Origin: Candidatus Stahliibacteriota bacterium
GTDB lineage: Bacteria; Hydrothermota; Tepidihabitantia; SM23-42
Assembly (NCBI GenBank): GCA_030602565.1
Contig: JAUVZL010000007.1
Span: forward strand, 761 to 64,760
Length of the DNA: 64,000 bases
Direction: 5' to 3'
Positions 44,786 to 53,456 of the stretch are shown here, piece after piece. The first letter of the stretch is position 1; every line of letters begins with the position of its first letter. The position numbers and the translations under genes were made by a program. Under the pieces are notes generated by a model. That model saw nothing but the letters and a program-made list of their open reading frames with translations. It had not been told where the DNA came from and ran no database searches.

Positions 44786-45673
44786 CTACTCAATACCAGC
44801 GTGTTTTTTCGCGGCTTGGATTGTGTTATGCAAGAGCATACTAATGGTCATCGGTCCGACGCCACCAGGTACTGGGGTGATTGCACTTGCCTTTTCGCTC
44901 ACCTCTTCAAAGTCAACATCACCGACGAGGCGGTAGCCTCTTTTTCTGGTTTTGTCTTCAACCCTATTCACACCGACATCGATGACCACAGCTCCTTGTT
45001 TAACCATATCTTTGGTGACCGTGTGGGGCCTGCCCACCGCAGCTACAAGGATATCAGCAGTTCTCGTGATTTCCTGGATGTTTTTAGTGCGCGTGTGGCA
45101 CAATGTCACCGTGGCATTTGCCCCGGGTTTTTTCTGTATGAGGATCATTGCTAAAGGCTTGCCAACGATATTGCTTCGGCCAATAATCACAACGTGTTTA
45201 CCTTGGATCTCAATATCATTACGGACAAGGAGTTGTTGAATGCCGTGTGGTGTACAAGGCAGAAAACACGATCCACCAATCATCATCTTTCCGACATTAA
45301 CCGGGTGAAAACCATCGACATCTTTTCCAGGGTCGATAGCATAGAGTACCTTTTCTTCATTGATATGGTCAGGTAGAGGTAACTGTACCAAGATACCGTG
45401 AATATTATTATTATTATTTAAATCGTTTATGAGCTTTAGAAGTTCTTCTTCTTTGTAGTCTGTATTGAACTTGTGGTCATGCGAGACAATGCCCACTTCA
45501 GCACAGGCTTTTTCTTTGAGTTTGACATAAGACAACGATGCGGGGTTGTCACCGATCAAGACTACTGCAAGGCCTGGTACAACATTATGCTGTTGTTTCA
45601 TCTGTTCTATTTCTTTTTTATACTCTTGTTTCATCTTGTCCGCAAGGTCTCGACCACTCAAAATTTTTGCCAT
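44786..45673 (-). CDS. folD: bifunctional methylenetetrahydrofolate dehydrogenase/cyclohydrolase
   Basis: LAVVLIGDNPAS..YVKLKEKAC and GGVGPMT motifs. Confidence 0.9.
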   Translation of the reverse strand: MAKILSGRDLADKMKQEYKKEIEQMKQQHNVVPGLAVVLIGDNPASLSYVKLKEKACAEVGIVSHDHKFNTDYKEEELLKLINDLNNNNNIHGILVQLPLPDHINEEKVLYAIDPGKDVDGFHPVNVGKMMIGGSCFLPCTPHGIQQLLVRNDIEIQGKHVVIIGRSNIVGKPLAMILIQKKPGANATVTLCHTRTKNIQEITRTADILVAAVGRPHTVTKDMVKQGAVVIDVGVNRVEDKTRKRGYRLVGDVDFEEVSEKASAITPVPGGVGPMTISMLLHNTIQAAKKHAGIE

Positions 45674-45790
45674 TTAACCTCCTCGTTCAATAAATAAAAT
45701 GGTTTGAAAAGATGATATTCATAATGTCGTTAATGTCAATATAATGAATAGAAACTTGGACACATCCTTATCCCTTGATTCTGCGTTATA

Positions 45791-45962
45791 AAGGAACTTC
45801 TCGATGCGCCCCGTTCTGTGGGACTTACTCGAAGAGTAAAGAGTTACTGTTCGAGCTTGTCGAGAACATACATTAAGGAACTTCTCGATGCGTCCTTTGA
45901 TAAACTCAGGACTTACTCGAAGGATAAAATATTACTGTTCGAGCTTGTCGAGAACACACATT
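45791..45962. repeat. two tandem copies of an ~85-bp unit (about 85% identical)
   Basis: 45791-45874 and 45875-45962; AAGGAACTTCTCGATGCG...TTACTGTTCGAGCTTGTCGAGAACAYACATT. Confidence 0.85.
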
Positions 45963-46007
45963 TCGTGGATGATATGAGAACTATTTTATGTTTTCCTTAA
46001 TAATACA

Positions 46008-46032
46008 CCCTCTCCTTTTTTAAGGGAGAGGG
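46008..46032 (-). terminator. hairpin CCCTCTCC-loop-GGAGAGGG downstream of minus-strand GT39 gene
   Basis: 8-bp perfect stem; weak U-tract. Confidence 0.35.
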
Positions 46033-46155
46033 AAAGAGCCTGCCCTGAACCTTGTGCTGAATATCATTTCAGTATTGTTTCAGGGGTGAGGGTTTCCTAA
46101 AATATCTATTAAACGATGTGTCCAAGTTTCTGAATACAAGTCTTGCTACTTCGGT

Positions 46156-47427
46156 CTACAATTGCTTCTTTGTGAAGTATCCCTTGAACTCAGTAACAGA
46201 AAGACTGGCAAAAATTAGAAGAATCGTTTCGACCGGCATTCGGTATCTTGCAAGACCGACATGGGTAAAGATATATGTTGTTGAGATAATGATTAACACA
46301 AGGATGAGCACTAAAGACTGCTTTTTGTAGTTGTGGCTCAGGGACAATACAATGCCGATAATACCAAGTACAAGGAGCGGTGCATAGATCATGGTGTTTA
46401 TTACCCGGTACTTTATCGCGTCGACTGAGCCGTTTATCTCAGGAGGTGCAAACCACCAGAAATAGAAGGTTTTGGTGAATAGCAGGTTCATAGATTTGGT
46501 AGGGTTTTGCACGATGAATACAAGTCCTTGGTTGAGGAAGTAATCTGAGCGTTCTATTTCAGTTTGTCTGCTGAGGTTGTGCTTAACCTCTCTCGGTAAT
46601 GTGCTGGTCATTAGCACGAAAACGGGTTTGTCATTTCGTAATACTCGGTAGTAATCAGTGCCGGTTGCATTTGGGTTGTTACCAATCCAGAAATTCTTGC
46701 AAAACTGCGTTGTAACCGGGACGAGCCGGTGGTGGATTTTGTGATTCCTGGTTGTCCAGGGTACCAGAACAACAAGGGTTACTAAAATAAGCAGGCAGAG
46801 CTTTCTGAATCCGACAGGTTTTTTTACGAGATACCATATAATGAGCGCTGGGAAAAATGCAAAAGCAATAGGGTTAGTCAATATAGATAAACCCATGGTT
46901 AGACCGCAGAGAAAAGTAGTCCTCAGAGAGTTGTTTTTGAGTTTTAGTATAAAAAAGATAGTTAGGCTCATGAAAAAGACGGTCCACACCGTAGGGGTTA
47001 GCTTGGTTGAATAGTAGATAAGGGGAGGGTACAAAGACGCCCCAAGCGCGGCAATGATTGCTGATAGTCTATTAAATAACAATAGCGTAGTTTTGTAGAT
47101 AATCCCTATAGTCAAAGCAGATACGAGTATTTGGATTAATTGGATAATCAAGTAAACCCAGTTCTTTTGTCCGAATTGGTAGAAAAAACTGAGAAAGTAA
47201 GGATATAGCGGAGCGTGGCTTGAGGTGTTTTCTATAGTATGGCTGAATTCATTGATGCGAGAAAAGCCGCGACCTTCCACGATATTTTCTGCAATGTCAC
47301 CATACTCCCACGCTTGCGGCGCTATGTAGCTTTTCAGCACAATCATGGACATGATCCTCAAACTGAAGCCGATTATAATCAGCAGGGTAATGAGCGTGGG
47401 GTAATTTAGGGGTTTGTCTGACTGCAT
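46156..47427 (-). CDS. glycosyltransferase family 39 (ArnT/PMT-like) membrane protein
   Basis: polytopic; N-terminal loop with DxD-like region typical of GT39/GT83. Confidence 0.65.
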   Translation of the reverse strand: MQSDKPLNYPTLITLLIIIGFSLRIMSMIVLKSYIAPQAWEYGDIAENIVEGRGFSRINEFSHTIENTSSHAPLYPYFLSFFYQFGQKNWVYLIIQLIQILVSALTIGIIYKTTLLLFNRLSAIIAALGASLYPPLIYYSTKLTPTVWTVFFMSLTIFFILKLKNNSLRTTFLCGLTMGLSILTNPIAFAFFPALIIWYLVKKPVGFRKLCLLILVTLVVLVPWTTRNHKIHHRLVPVTTQFCKNFWIGNNPNATGTDYYRVLRNDKPVFVLMTSTLPREVKHNLSRQTEIERSDYFLNQGLVFIVQNPTKSMNLLFTKTFYFWWFAPPEINGSVDAIKYRVINTMIYAPLLVLGIIGIVLSLSHNYKKQSLVLILVLIIISTTYIFTHVGLARYRMPVETILLIFASLSVTEFKGYFTKKQL

Positions 47428-47541
47428 TTGGTTATTATATTTTTTAGTACACCTGAGTCAAGACATAAATTCAGAAGAGATTGTTAAAGGGGAGTAATAT
47501 ACTCACAGGTGCAATAGAGTGTTATTGAATTGTTTAAGGAG

Positions 47542-47568
47542 TCAACCTCCCCTTTAAGGGGAGGTTGA
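47542..47568 (-). terminator. hairpin TCAACCTCCCC-TTTAA-GGGGAGGTTGA downstream of Spy-like gene
   Basis: 11-bp perfect stem; no clear U-tract. Confidence 0.35.
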
Positions 47569-47593
47569 CAAGAATAAGCAGTTTATAAACTTC

Positions 47594-48043
47594 TTAATGT
47601 ATTTTCTTAATCATTTTCTTTTCTATAGTTTTATGCATTGGTTTTTTCAATTGCTCTCTTTGTTCGGGTGTAAGGGTCGAATGGATCTTCAATTTCTGGT
47701 CTAACATAAGCTGTTTTATCTTCAGTTGGAGATCGCTCATTTGTTTGATGGTGGTCATGAGTTTGCTACGGTTCGGGTTATCTGCCTTCATTTCTTTTTG
47801 CATATCAAGGTGTTTGAGCTGGATTTCAGCACGCAGCGGGATTACTTTTTTCTCAACTTCGTACCTTGAGTTTTCAATTTCTTCTTGCTGCTCAGGGCTT
47901 AGGTCAAGCATTTCTAATTTCATCATGTGTTTGGGTTGATGTCTAACTTCGTGCCCACAATGTCCTGGGCGGTCGAATTCTTGTGCAAAACCATAAGATG
48001 TTATGATCATAAGCCCGATCAATACTAATAGGTTCCTTTTCAT
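47594..48043 (-). CDS. Spy/CpxP-family periplasmic protein (LTxxQ motifs)
   Basis: signal peptide; LSPEQQEEI and LTPEQREQLKK motifs. Confidence 0.6.
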   Translation of the reverse strand: MKRNLLVLIGLMIITSYGFAQEFDRPGHCGHEVRHQPKHMMKLEMLDLSPEQQEEIENSRYEVEKKVIPLRAEIQLKHLDMQKEMKADNPNRSKLMTTIKQMSDLQLKIKQLMLDQKLKIHSTLTPEQREQLKKPMHKTIEKKMIKKIH

Positions 48044-48106
48044 TTAATACCTCCTTCTATGAAATTTAGACTATTACCAGGTGGCAATGGTTTAATACTA
48101 TGCGAT

Positions 48107-48661
48107 TCAATTTATTTCCACGATCCAGACCTTTTCCATGATTACCGGAGTACTTGGTTGATCCATAGGGCCGGTCTTGACATTGCCAATCCGGCTGACA
48201 ATATCCATGCCCGTGATTATCTTGCCGATGATAGTATAACCGCTATCAAGTCGGGGTTGTGGTTCAAGACAGATATAGAATTGGCTGCCATTTGTATTAG
48301 GACCGCTATTAGCCATGGCAACAGTTCCTTTCAGATGGGTCAGGTTTGATGATATTTCATCGTCAATTCGGTAACCTGGTGAGCCAGTCCCGTCACCGCG
48401 CGGGCACCCCCCTTGAATCATAAAGCCTTTGATAATACGGTGAAAAGTAAGGCCGTTGTAAAAACCCTCATTAGTAAGCTTGACAATATTAGCTACATTA
48501 TTGGGTGCTTCTTCTTTGTACATTTTTATAATGATTTCACCATAGTCTTTTACGTTTATATGCATGTACGTACCTTTTTCCAATGCTACTTTGGTTTGTC
48601 CATCTTTTGGCCCTGCACACATGATAAGAGCTAAAAGGACAAGGAACAGATATTTCATCAT
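48107..48661 (-). CDS. ppiB: cyclophilin-type peptidyl-prolyl cis-trans isomerase, secreted
   Basis: FHRIIKGFMIQGGCP... motif; signal peptide. Confidence 0.85.
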   Translation of the reverse strand: MMKYLFLVLLALIMCAGPKDGQTKVALEKGTYMHINVKDYGEIIIKMYKEEAPNNVANIVKLTNEGFYNGLTFHRIIKGFMIQGGCPRGDGTGSPGYRIDDEISSNLTHLKGTVAMANSGPNTNGSQFYICLEPQPRLDSGYTIIGKIITGMDIVSRIGNVKTGPMDQPSTPVIMEKVWIVEIN

Positions 48662-48960
48662 ACCTCCTTAGATAGTTTATTATAATAATCGAGCACTTGC
48701 CGGGCGATATTTTACCATTGGTGTAAGGTCCAACATTGTAAACCGTGCAGATAAGTACTCGCAGCCGTCTCAAAGCACTCTATAATAGCAAGATAATGAA
48801 GAAAGTCAAATGATATTTTATGAGAGCTCTGACAAAGTATTCATCGCTCTCTCGATTACAAAGATGCACGAAAGATTATCCCGATTTATCATCTTAAAGG
48901 TCAATATAGGAAAATCGAGGATCCCGTACAGCGGGACAGTGATATTTTATGTATGTCCTA

Positions 48961-48995
48961 TTGACAAATAGCTTCTATTTTATATAATAGAAGCT
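48961..48995 (+). promoter_or_regulatory. sigma70 promoter TTGACA-16-TATAAT for rpsA with 9-bp perfect palindrome AGCTTCTAT/ATAGAAGCT overlapping the -10
   Basis: read directly. Confidence 0.5.
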
Positions 48996-49032
48996 TGAAC
49001 AGCGAACCTGTTCAAAGGAGGATTTGTACGAA

Positions 49033-50703
49033 ATGAAAAGGTATTCTGAAGAAGAGATGAAGAAGCTTTTAGAAGCTTCTTTTGTCATCGCAAAAGAGGG
49101 CGATATCGTAAAGGCTTCAGTAATCAAAAAGACTGAGAATGGCGTTCTTCTGAATCTCGGACTTAAAGCCGAAGGTTTTTTACCTTTAGAAGAATTTGCA
49201 GCATCAGAAGATGCAGCAGTTGGCAAAGACGTTTATGTATTTTTGGAAGCCTATGAGGACCGCGATGGGTTTCCAGTGATTTCAAAAAAGAAAGCCGAAT
49301 TTCAGCTTGCCTGGGATAAAATAAAACATCTCTACGAAAATGGCGAACTTGCCATGGCCACCTTGAAGAAACGCATAAAAGGCGGGTTTACTGTTGATAT
49401 AATCGGCGTTGAGGCTTTCTTGCCCAGTTCTCAGATTGAATTCAAATCACAGGCTGAGATTGATGCTGCGATTGGTAACAAGGTTGGTGTGAAGATTGTA
49501 AAGATCAATATGATGCGCAAGAATATTGTTGTTTCCAGGAGATTTGTGGTTGAAGAAGAGCAGGTGAAAACACGTAAGATAATCTTCAGCAAGATAAAGG
49601 TCGGCGATATTATTGAAGGCACAGTACGTAACATAACTGATTTCGGCGGTTTTATCGATATCGGTGGGATCGATGCTTTGCTTCACATAACTGATATCTC
49701 ATGGTCAAAGATAACCCATCCAGCTGAGATATTAAAGGTCGGCAGCAAGATAAAGATTAAGGTATTAGTAATGGACCCTGAGACCGGCCGTATAGCTGTT
49801 GGTTTAAAGCAACTGTCTCTTCATCCATGGGCAAAAATCGAGAAGAATTTCCCGGTTGGCGCAAGGATTAAAGGAAAAGTCACGAGCGTCGTTGACTATG
49901 GCGCATTTGTTGAAATCGAGAAGGGTATTGAAGGACTCGTTCACGTTTCGGAAATGTCCTGGAAAAAAGATATCAAAGACCCGGCGAAAATTCTCAAAGT
50001 TGGTGATATTGTAGAGGCAGTCGTCTTGTCGATTGCTCGTGATGAACGAAGGATTTCGCTCGGCATGAAACAGACCAAACCAGATCCTTGGTCAACGGTC
50101 GATGAGAGATTCGAAGTTAATCAAAAGGTTGTAGTGAAAGTTACTAACCTCAAGGACTTTGGTGCTTTTGTGCAGCTTATCGATGGGGTTGAAGGTTTGA
50201 TTCATGTGAACGACTTTTTCTGGGATAAAAAGGTTAAGAAGGCTTCTGATTATTTGAAGAAAGGTCAGAATGTTGAGGTTGTGATCCGAATGGTCGACCG
50301 CAGAAACCGTAGGATTTCGTTGTCCATAAAACACACAAAAGAAGATCCTTTTAACAGATTCACGGACTGCCATAATGAAGGTACGATGGTGATCGGAAAG
50401 GTCAGCGATATTTTGCCTAAAGGCATAAGGATTATGCTCGAAGGAGGCATTGAGGAGTTTATCCCGGCGAACTATTTGGCACGGCGTGGGAAAAAGCCTA
50501 AGGATTTGTACAAGTTGGGTGAAGAAGTCGAGGTCATAATCAGGAAGATTAACCCCAGATTAAGAAGGATTATACTCAGCGAAAAAGAACTCCATAAACC
50601 ACGCGTCAAGAAGAAGGAACCGGTTAAGCCTAAGCCAACTGATAAGTTTACAATCGGTGATATTCTCGGTGCCAAAAATAAAGAAACCGATAAACCAAAA
50701 TAG
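49033..50703 (+). CDS. rpsA: 30S ribosomal protein S1
   Basis: six S1 domains; ATG 49033 spaced from AGGAGG. Confidence 0.9.
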   Translation: MKRYSEEEMKKLLEASFVIAKEGDIVKASVIKKTENGVLLNLGLKAEGFLPLEEFAASEDAAVGKDVYVFLEAYEDRDGFPVISKKKAEFQLAWDKIKHLYENGELAMATLKKRIKGGFTVDIIGVEAFLPSSQIEFKSQAEIDAAIGNKVGVKIVKINMMRKNIVVSRRFVVEEEQVKTRKIIFSKIKVGDIIEGTVRNITDFGGFIDIGGIDALLHITDISWSKITHPAEILKVGSKIKIKVLVMDPETGRIAVGLKQLSLHPWAKIEKNFPVGARIKGKVTSVVDYGAFVEIEKGIEGLVHVSEMSWKKDIKDPAKILKVGDIVEAVVLSIARDERRISLGMKQTKPDPWSTVDERFEVNQKVVVKVTNLKDFGAFVQLIDGVEGLIHVNDFFWDKKVKKASDYLKKGQNVEVVIRMVDRRNRRISLSIKHTKEDPFNRFTDCHNEGTMVIGKVSDILPKGIRIMLEGGIEEFIPANYLARRGKKPKDLYKLGEEVEVIIRKINPRLRRIILSEKELHKPRVKKKEPVKPKPTDKFTIGDILGAKNKETDKPK

Positions 50704-50721
50704 ATTCCCTCACGACATAAT

Positions 50722-51879
50722 TTGCAGAAGATAATTAACCTTGGCTGCAAACTAAATCAGTATGAGGGGTTTTGTTTGGCAAAGAAATTTGCCGACACCC
50801 AAAATTTGATTATTGTCAATACTTGTTGTGTGACAAAAGAAGCTGAGACCAAGTCACTGAGGAAATTCAGATCAGCAAAAAGGCAGTATCCTGATCACAA
50901 GGTTATTGCCACTGGATGTGCCTGTCGGCTCGCCCCTGAAAAATTCCATAGTGCTGATCAAGTTATTGATAACGTACAAAGGAATGAGTTCATCAAAGGC
51001 ATTTTTCCAGAGCCTGAAAAATCCAGATATTTTTTGAAAATTCAAGACGGTTGCAATGGGGAATGTTCTTACTGTGTCGTGGTAAAGGTCAGGGACAAGG
51101 TTGAGAGCAGATCGACAGAAGAAATCATCGAGGAAATCAAATGGGCTGTGTCGCATGGTTATCAAGAAGTTGTGCTTGTCGGTGCTAATATCGGTCTTTA
51201 CGGTTATGATATTGGGTTGCAACTAATAGATTTACTGAAAGCGCTTAGTAAAATATCTGGTCTGCCGCGACTCAGGCTTTCGTCACTTGAACCTAATTTC
51301 GTCAATGAAGACTTGATTCGATGCCTGAAAGATTTGCCCTTTTGTCGCCATTTTCACTTGCCTGTACAGAGTGCTGATAACAGCATCCTGGTAGCAATGA
51401 AACGGCAGTACGACATCGTGTATCTTGAAAAGATAGTTTCTCTGATAGCTAAGAGTTTCACTGATGTTGCGATTGGTGCAGATATAATCGTAGGCTTTCC
51501 CGGTGAAATGGAACACGAGTTTGACAATACCTACAAGTTTATCAAAAGACAGCCATTTACTCATTTGCATGTTTTCCCCTATTCACCAAGACCATTGACG
51601 AGCGCGTATATCCTGGGCGACCCAATAGACCGTAGAACAAAGCGACAACGCCTCTGGCAACTAAAGGACCTGATCAAGGAGAAAAACCACCTGTTCAGAA
51701 AAAGCCTCTTGGGCAAGTTGTTTGACGTTGTGATTGAGGGAAGGGATCCAGTACCGAAGGGATTAACGGATAACTATATCAGGGTATTTATCAATGGCGT
51801 GTGCAATACAAAGCGAGCAACCATTAAAGTTGAAAGGGTAACAGCTGATAAGACGTTTGGGACCGTTGATAATGCCTGA
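50722..51879 (+). CDS. mtaB: MiaB-family radical SAM methylthiotransferase, MtaB-like
   Basis: N-terminal INLGCKLNQYEG, radical SAM GCNGECSYC; 385 aa; TTG start. Confidence 0.7.
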   Translation: MQKIINLGCKLNQYEGFCLAKKFADTQNLIIVNTCCVTKEAETKSLRKFRSAKRQYPDHKVIATGCACRLAPEKFHSADQVIDNVQRNEFIKGIFPEPEKSRYFLKIQDGCNGECSYCVVVKVRDKVESRSTEEIIEEIKWAVSHGYQEVVLVGANIGLYGYDIGLQLIDLLKALSKISGLPRLRLSSLEPNFVNEDLIRCLKDLPFCRHFHLPVQSADNSILVAMKRQYDIVYLEKIVSLIAKSFTDVAIGADIIVGFPGEMEHEFDNTYKFIKRQPFTHLHVFPYSPRPLTSAYILGDPIDRRTKRQRLWQLKDLIKEKNHLFRKSLLGKLFDVVIEGRDPVPKGLTDNYIRVFINGVCNTKRATIKVERVTADKTFGTVDNA

Positions 51880-51986
51880 CTGAAGGCGAGGCGGCGAGAT
51901 GAAGCCACTTGATTAGGCGTAGCCCTCTCAATGGAGAAACAAGGTGTAATTTCAATAATTGAACTTATGGGACAGGTTTTATTTAC

Positions 51987-52014
51987 TTGACAAAAACTGA
52001 AAAATGTGTAAAAT
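51987..52014 (+). promoter_or_regulatory. sigma70 promoter TTGACA-16-TAAAAT
   Basis: read directly; upstream of 52061 gene. Confidence 0.45.
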
Positions 52015-52060
52015 CTATGTTGTATAAATATTTACGATAGTTACTTAGGAGATAACTAAC

Positions 52061-52861
52061 ATGAATAATAGTACAGCTGAAAAATATCTTGGCCCAAAGG
52101 AAACAGAAGTAATTGCAAGACTTTCTTACGAGAAAGCAACCTTAATTACAAAAGAGCAGTTTGACAAGTGGTTTGAGTTTAACCCCGCACTGCGGAAACA
52201 GATAATCTTTAGGCTCAAGAAAAAAGGCATACTGACTGCTATTAAAAGAGGAGTTTATTTTTATTCGCCGCTTGAATCAGGTCCGGCAGGAAGTAGTATA
52301 AACGAGTTCCTTGTGCCGCCTGTTTTCTTTCCAGGAGGCAATTACTACGTAGGGTATTCAATTATGTATAACTATTATGGCTTCACAGACCAGATTTTCC
52401 AGACAATGTATATTCTCAACACTTCTTTACAACGTGCGAAGACAATAGGCAATGTGCGATATAAAATGGTTAAAATACCTGCAAAAAGAATGTTTGGGCT
52501 TGAAAATATTAAGATAGAGGATACTGAAGTCATAATAAGCGATAGGGAAAGGACTCTTGTGGATTTGATTTATTTTTCAGGACCTGTCGGTGGACTAAAG
52601 AAAGCATTTGAGATATTAGAAGAGCAGGCAAAAAATCGTAAGGTTAATGTTAGTAAATTGGTTAAATATGCTGCTAAATTTCCTAATATTTCAACTCGAA
52701 AAAGGATAGGTTTTGTTTTAGAAAAGGCAGGCATCGATTATAAGAGACTCGAGCCTTTGCTTAAAACCGTAAGAAAGACATCCTTTGTTACGCTTTATCC
52801 TTCAAAATCAAGAAGAGGAAGAATAAATAAGAAGTGGATGGTAATTGAAAATGCTCCATAG
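52061..52861 (+). CDS. AbiEi-like (type IV TA antitoxin-like) winged-helix protein, orphan
   Basis: N-terminal wHTH with KRGVYFY motif reminiscent of AbiEi; no AbiEii partner present. Confidence 0.35.
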   Translation: MNNSTAEKYLGPKETEVIARLSYEKATLITKEQFDKWFEFNPALRKQIIFRLKKKGILTAIKRGVYFYSPLESGPAGSSINEFLVPPVFFPGGNYYVGYSIMYNYYGFTDQIFQTMYILNTSLQRAKTIGNVRYKMVKIPAKRMFGLENIKIEDTEVIISDRERTLVDLIYFSGPVGGLKKAFEILEEQAKNRKVNVSKLVKYAAKFPNISTRKRIGFVLEKAGIDYKRLEPLLKTVRKTSFVTLYPSKSRRGRINKKWMVIENAP

Positions 52862-52974
52862 CAATAAGGACGAATAGCATGGCAAAAACCAATCATGAGC
52901 GTAATGCGGTATTTAGAAATATTTATTAGATTTATCAAAAAAGATAAATTGGATTTTTTTGGAAAGGATAGAGA

Positions 52975-53150
52975 CATGTCATTCCCGCGCAAGCGGGAAT
53001 CTATGAATGGTTGGTTTGATTCTGGATTCCCAGTCAAGCTGGGAATGACAAGAGGGGATGCTGGGAATGACAAGAGGGGATGCCGGGCAATGACCAGACA
53101 GGTATTGCCGAAGGGTTTTCCTGTCTCGGCAATCGCAGGCATCCGACTTT
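52975..53150. repeat. cluster of hairpins with GGGAAT/ATTCCC arms incl. GNRA-looped ATTCCCGC-GCAA-GCGGGAAT, ATTCCCAG-TCAAG-CTGGGAAT, tandem 21/22-bp GGGAATGACAAGAGGGGATGC x2
   Basis: read directly; ORFs 52795-53142(-) and 52895-53152(+) here judged spurious. Confidence 0.7.
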
Positions 53151-53209
53151 AATTTCGACTATGCGCAGTATCTGCAGTAGCCATTAGGAAAGTCCCCCCG
53201 AAAAATGTA

Positions 53210-53238
53210 TTGCAATATCCGGCCGCAATATGTATAAT
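53210..53238 (+). promoter_or_regulatory. sigma70 promoter TTGCAA-17-TATAAT upstream of recombinase remnant/miaB
   Basis: read directly. Confidence 0.4.
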
Positions 53239-53345
53239 GTAAATCGTTCAATGAAATCTCAAAAAATGAGAATATAGCGAAAGGAAAACAATGAAGAGAA
53301 TTTCTATTAGACATAAGAGCTTCTCCCAAAATGAACGATAATTCG

Positions 53346-53447
53346 ATGAAGATGAAAATCGCTATCTATATTCGTATTTCTACGGAAGAACAGGCAAAAG
53401 AAGGTTATTCGATAGAATTTCAGCCAAATTCAAATATAAGCTCATAG
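53346..53447 (+). pseudogene. N-terminal remnant (34 codons) of a serine recombinase (resolvase/invertase/large serine recombinase)
   Basis: MKMKIAIYIRISTEEQAKEGYSIEFQ matches catalytic N-terminus (Ser in RIST/RVST); truncated by stop. Confidence 0.6.
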
Positions 53448-53456
53448 AAAATAATA

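Noticed and set aside
45473-45697. Antisense ORFs within folD and mtnA
   Set aside because: Embedded in conserved genes on the opposite strand.
52975-53150. Possible CRISPR array (GTCATTCCCGCGCAAGCGGGAATC looks like a CRISPR repeat)
   Set aside because: No regular repeat-spacer periodicity. Units differ in length and sequence, and no cas genes are in the window.
52795-53152. 115-aa (-) and 85-aa (+) ORFs
   Set aside because: Cover the hairpin/tandem-repeat cluster and were judged repeat-derived.
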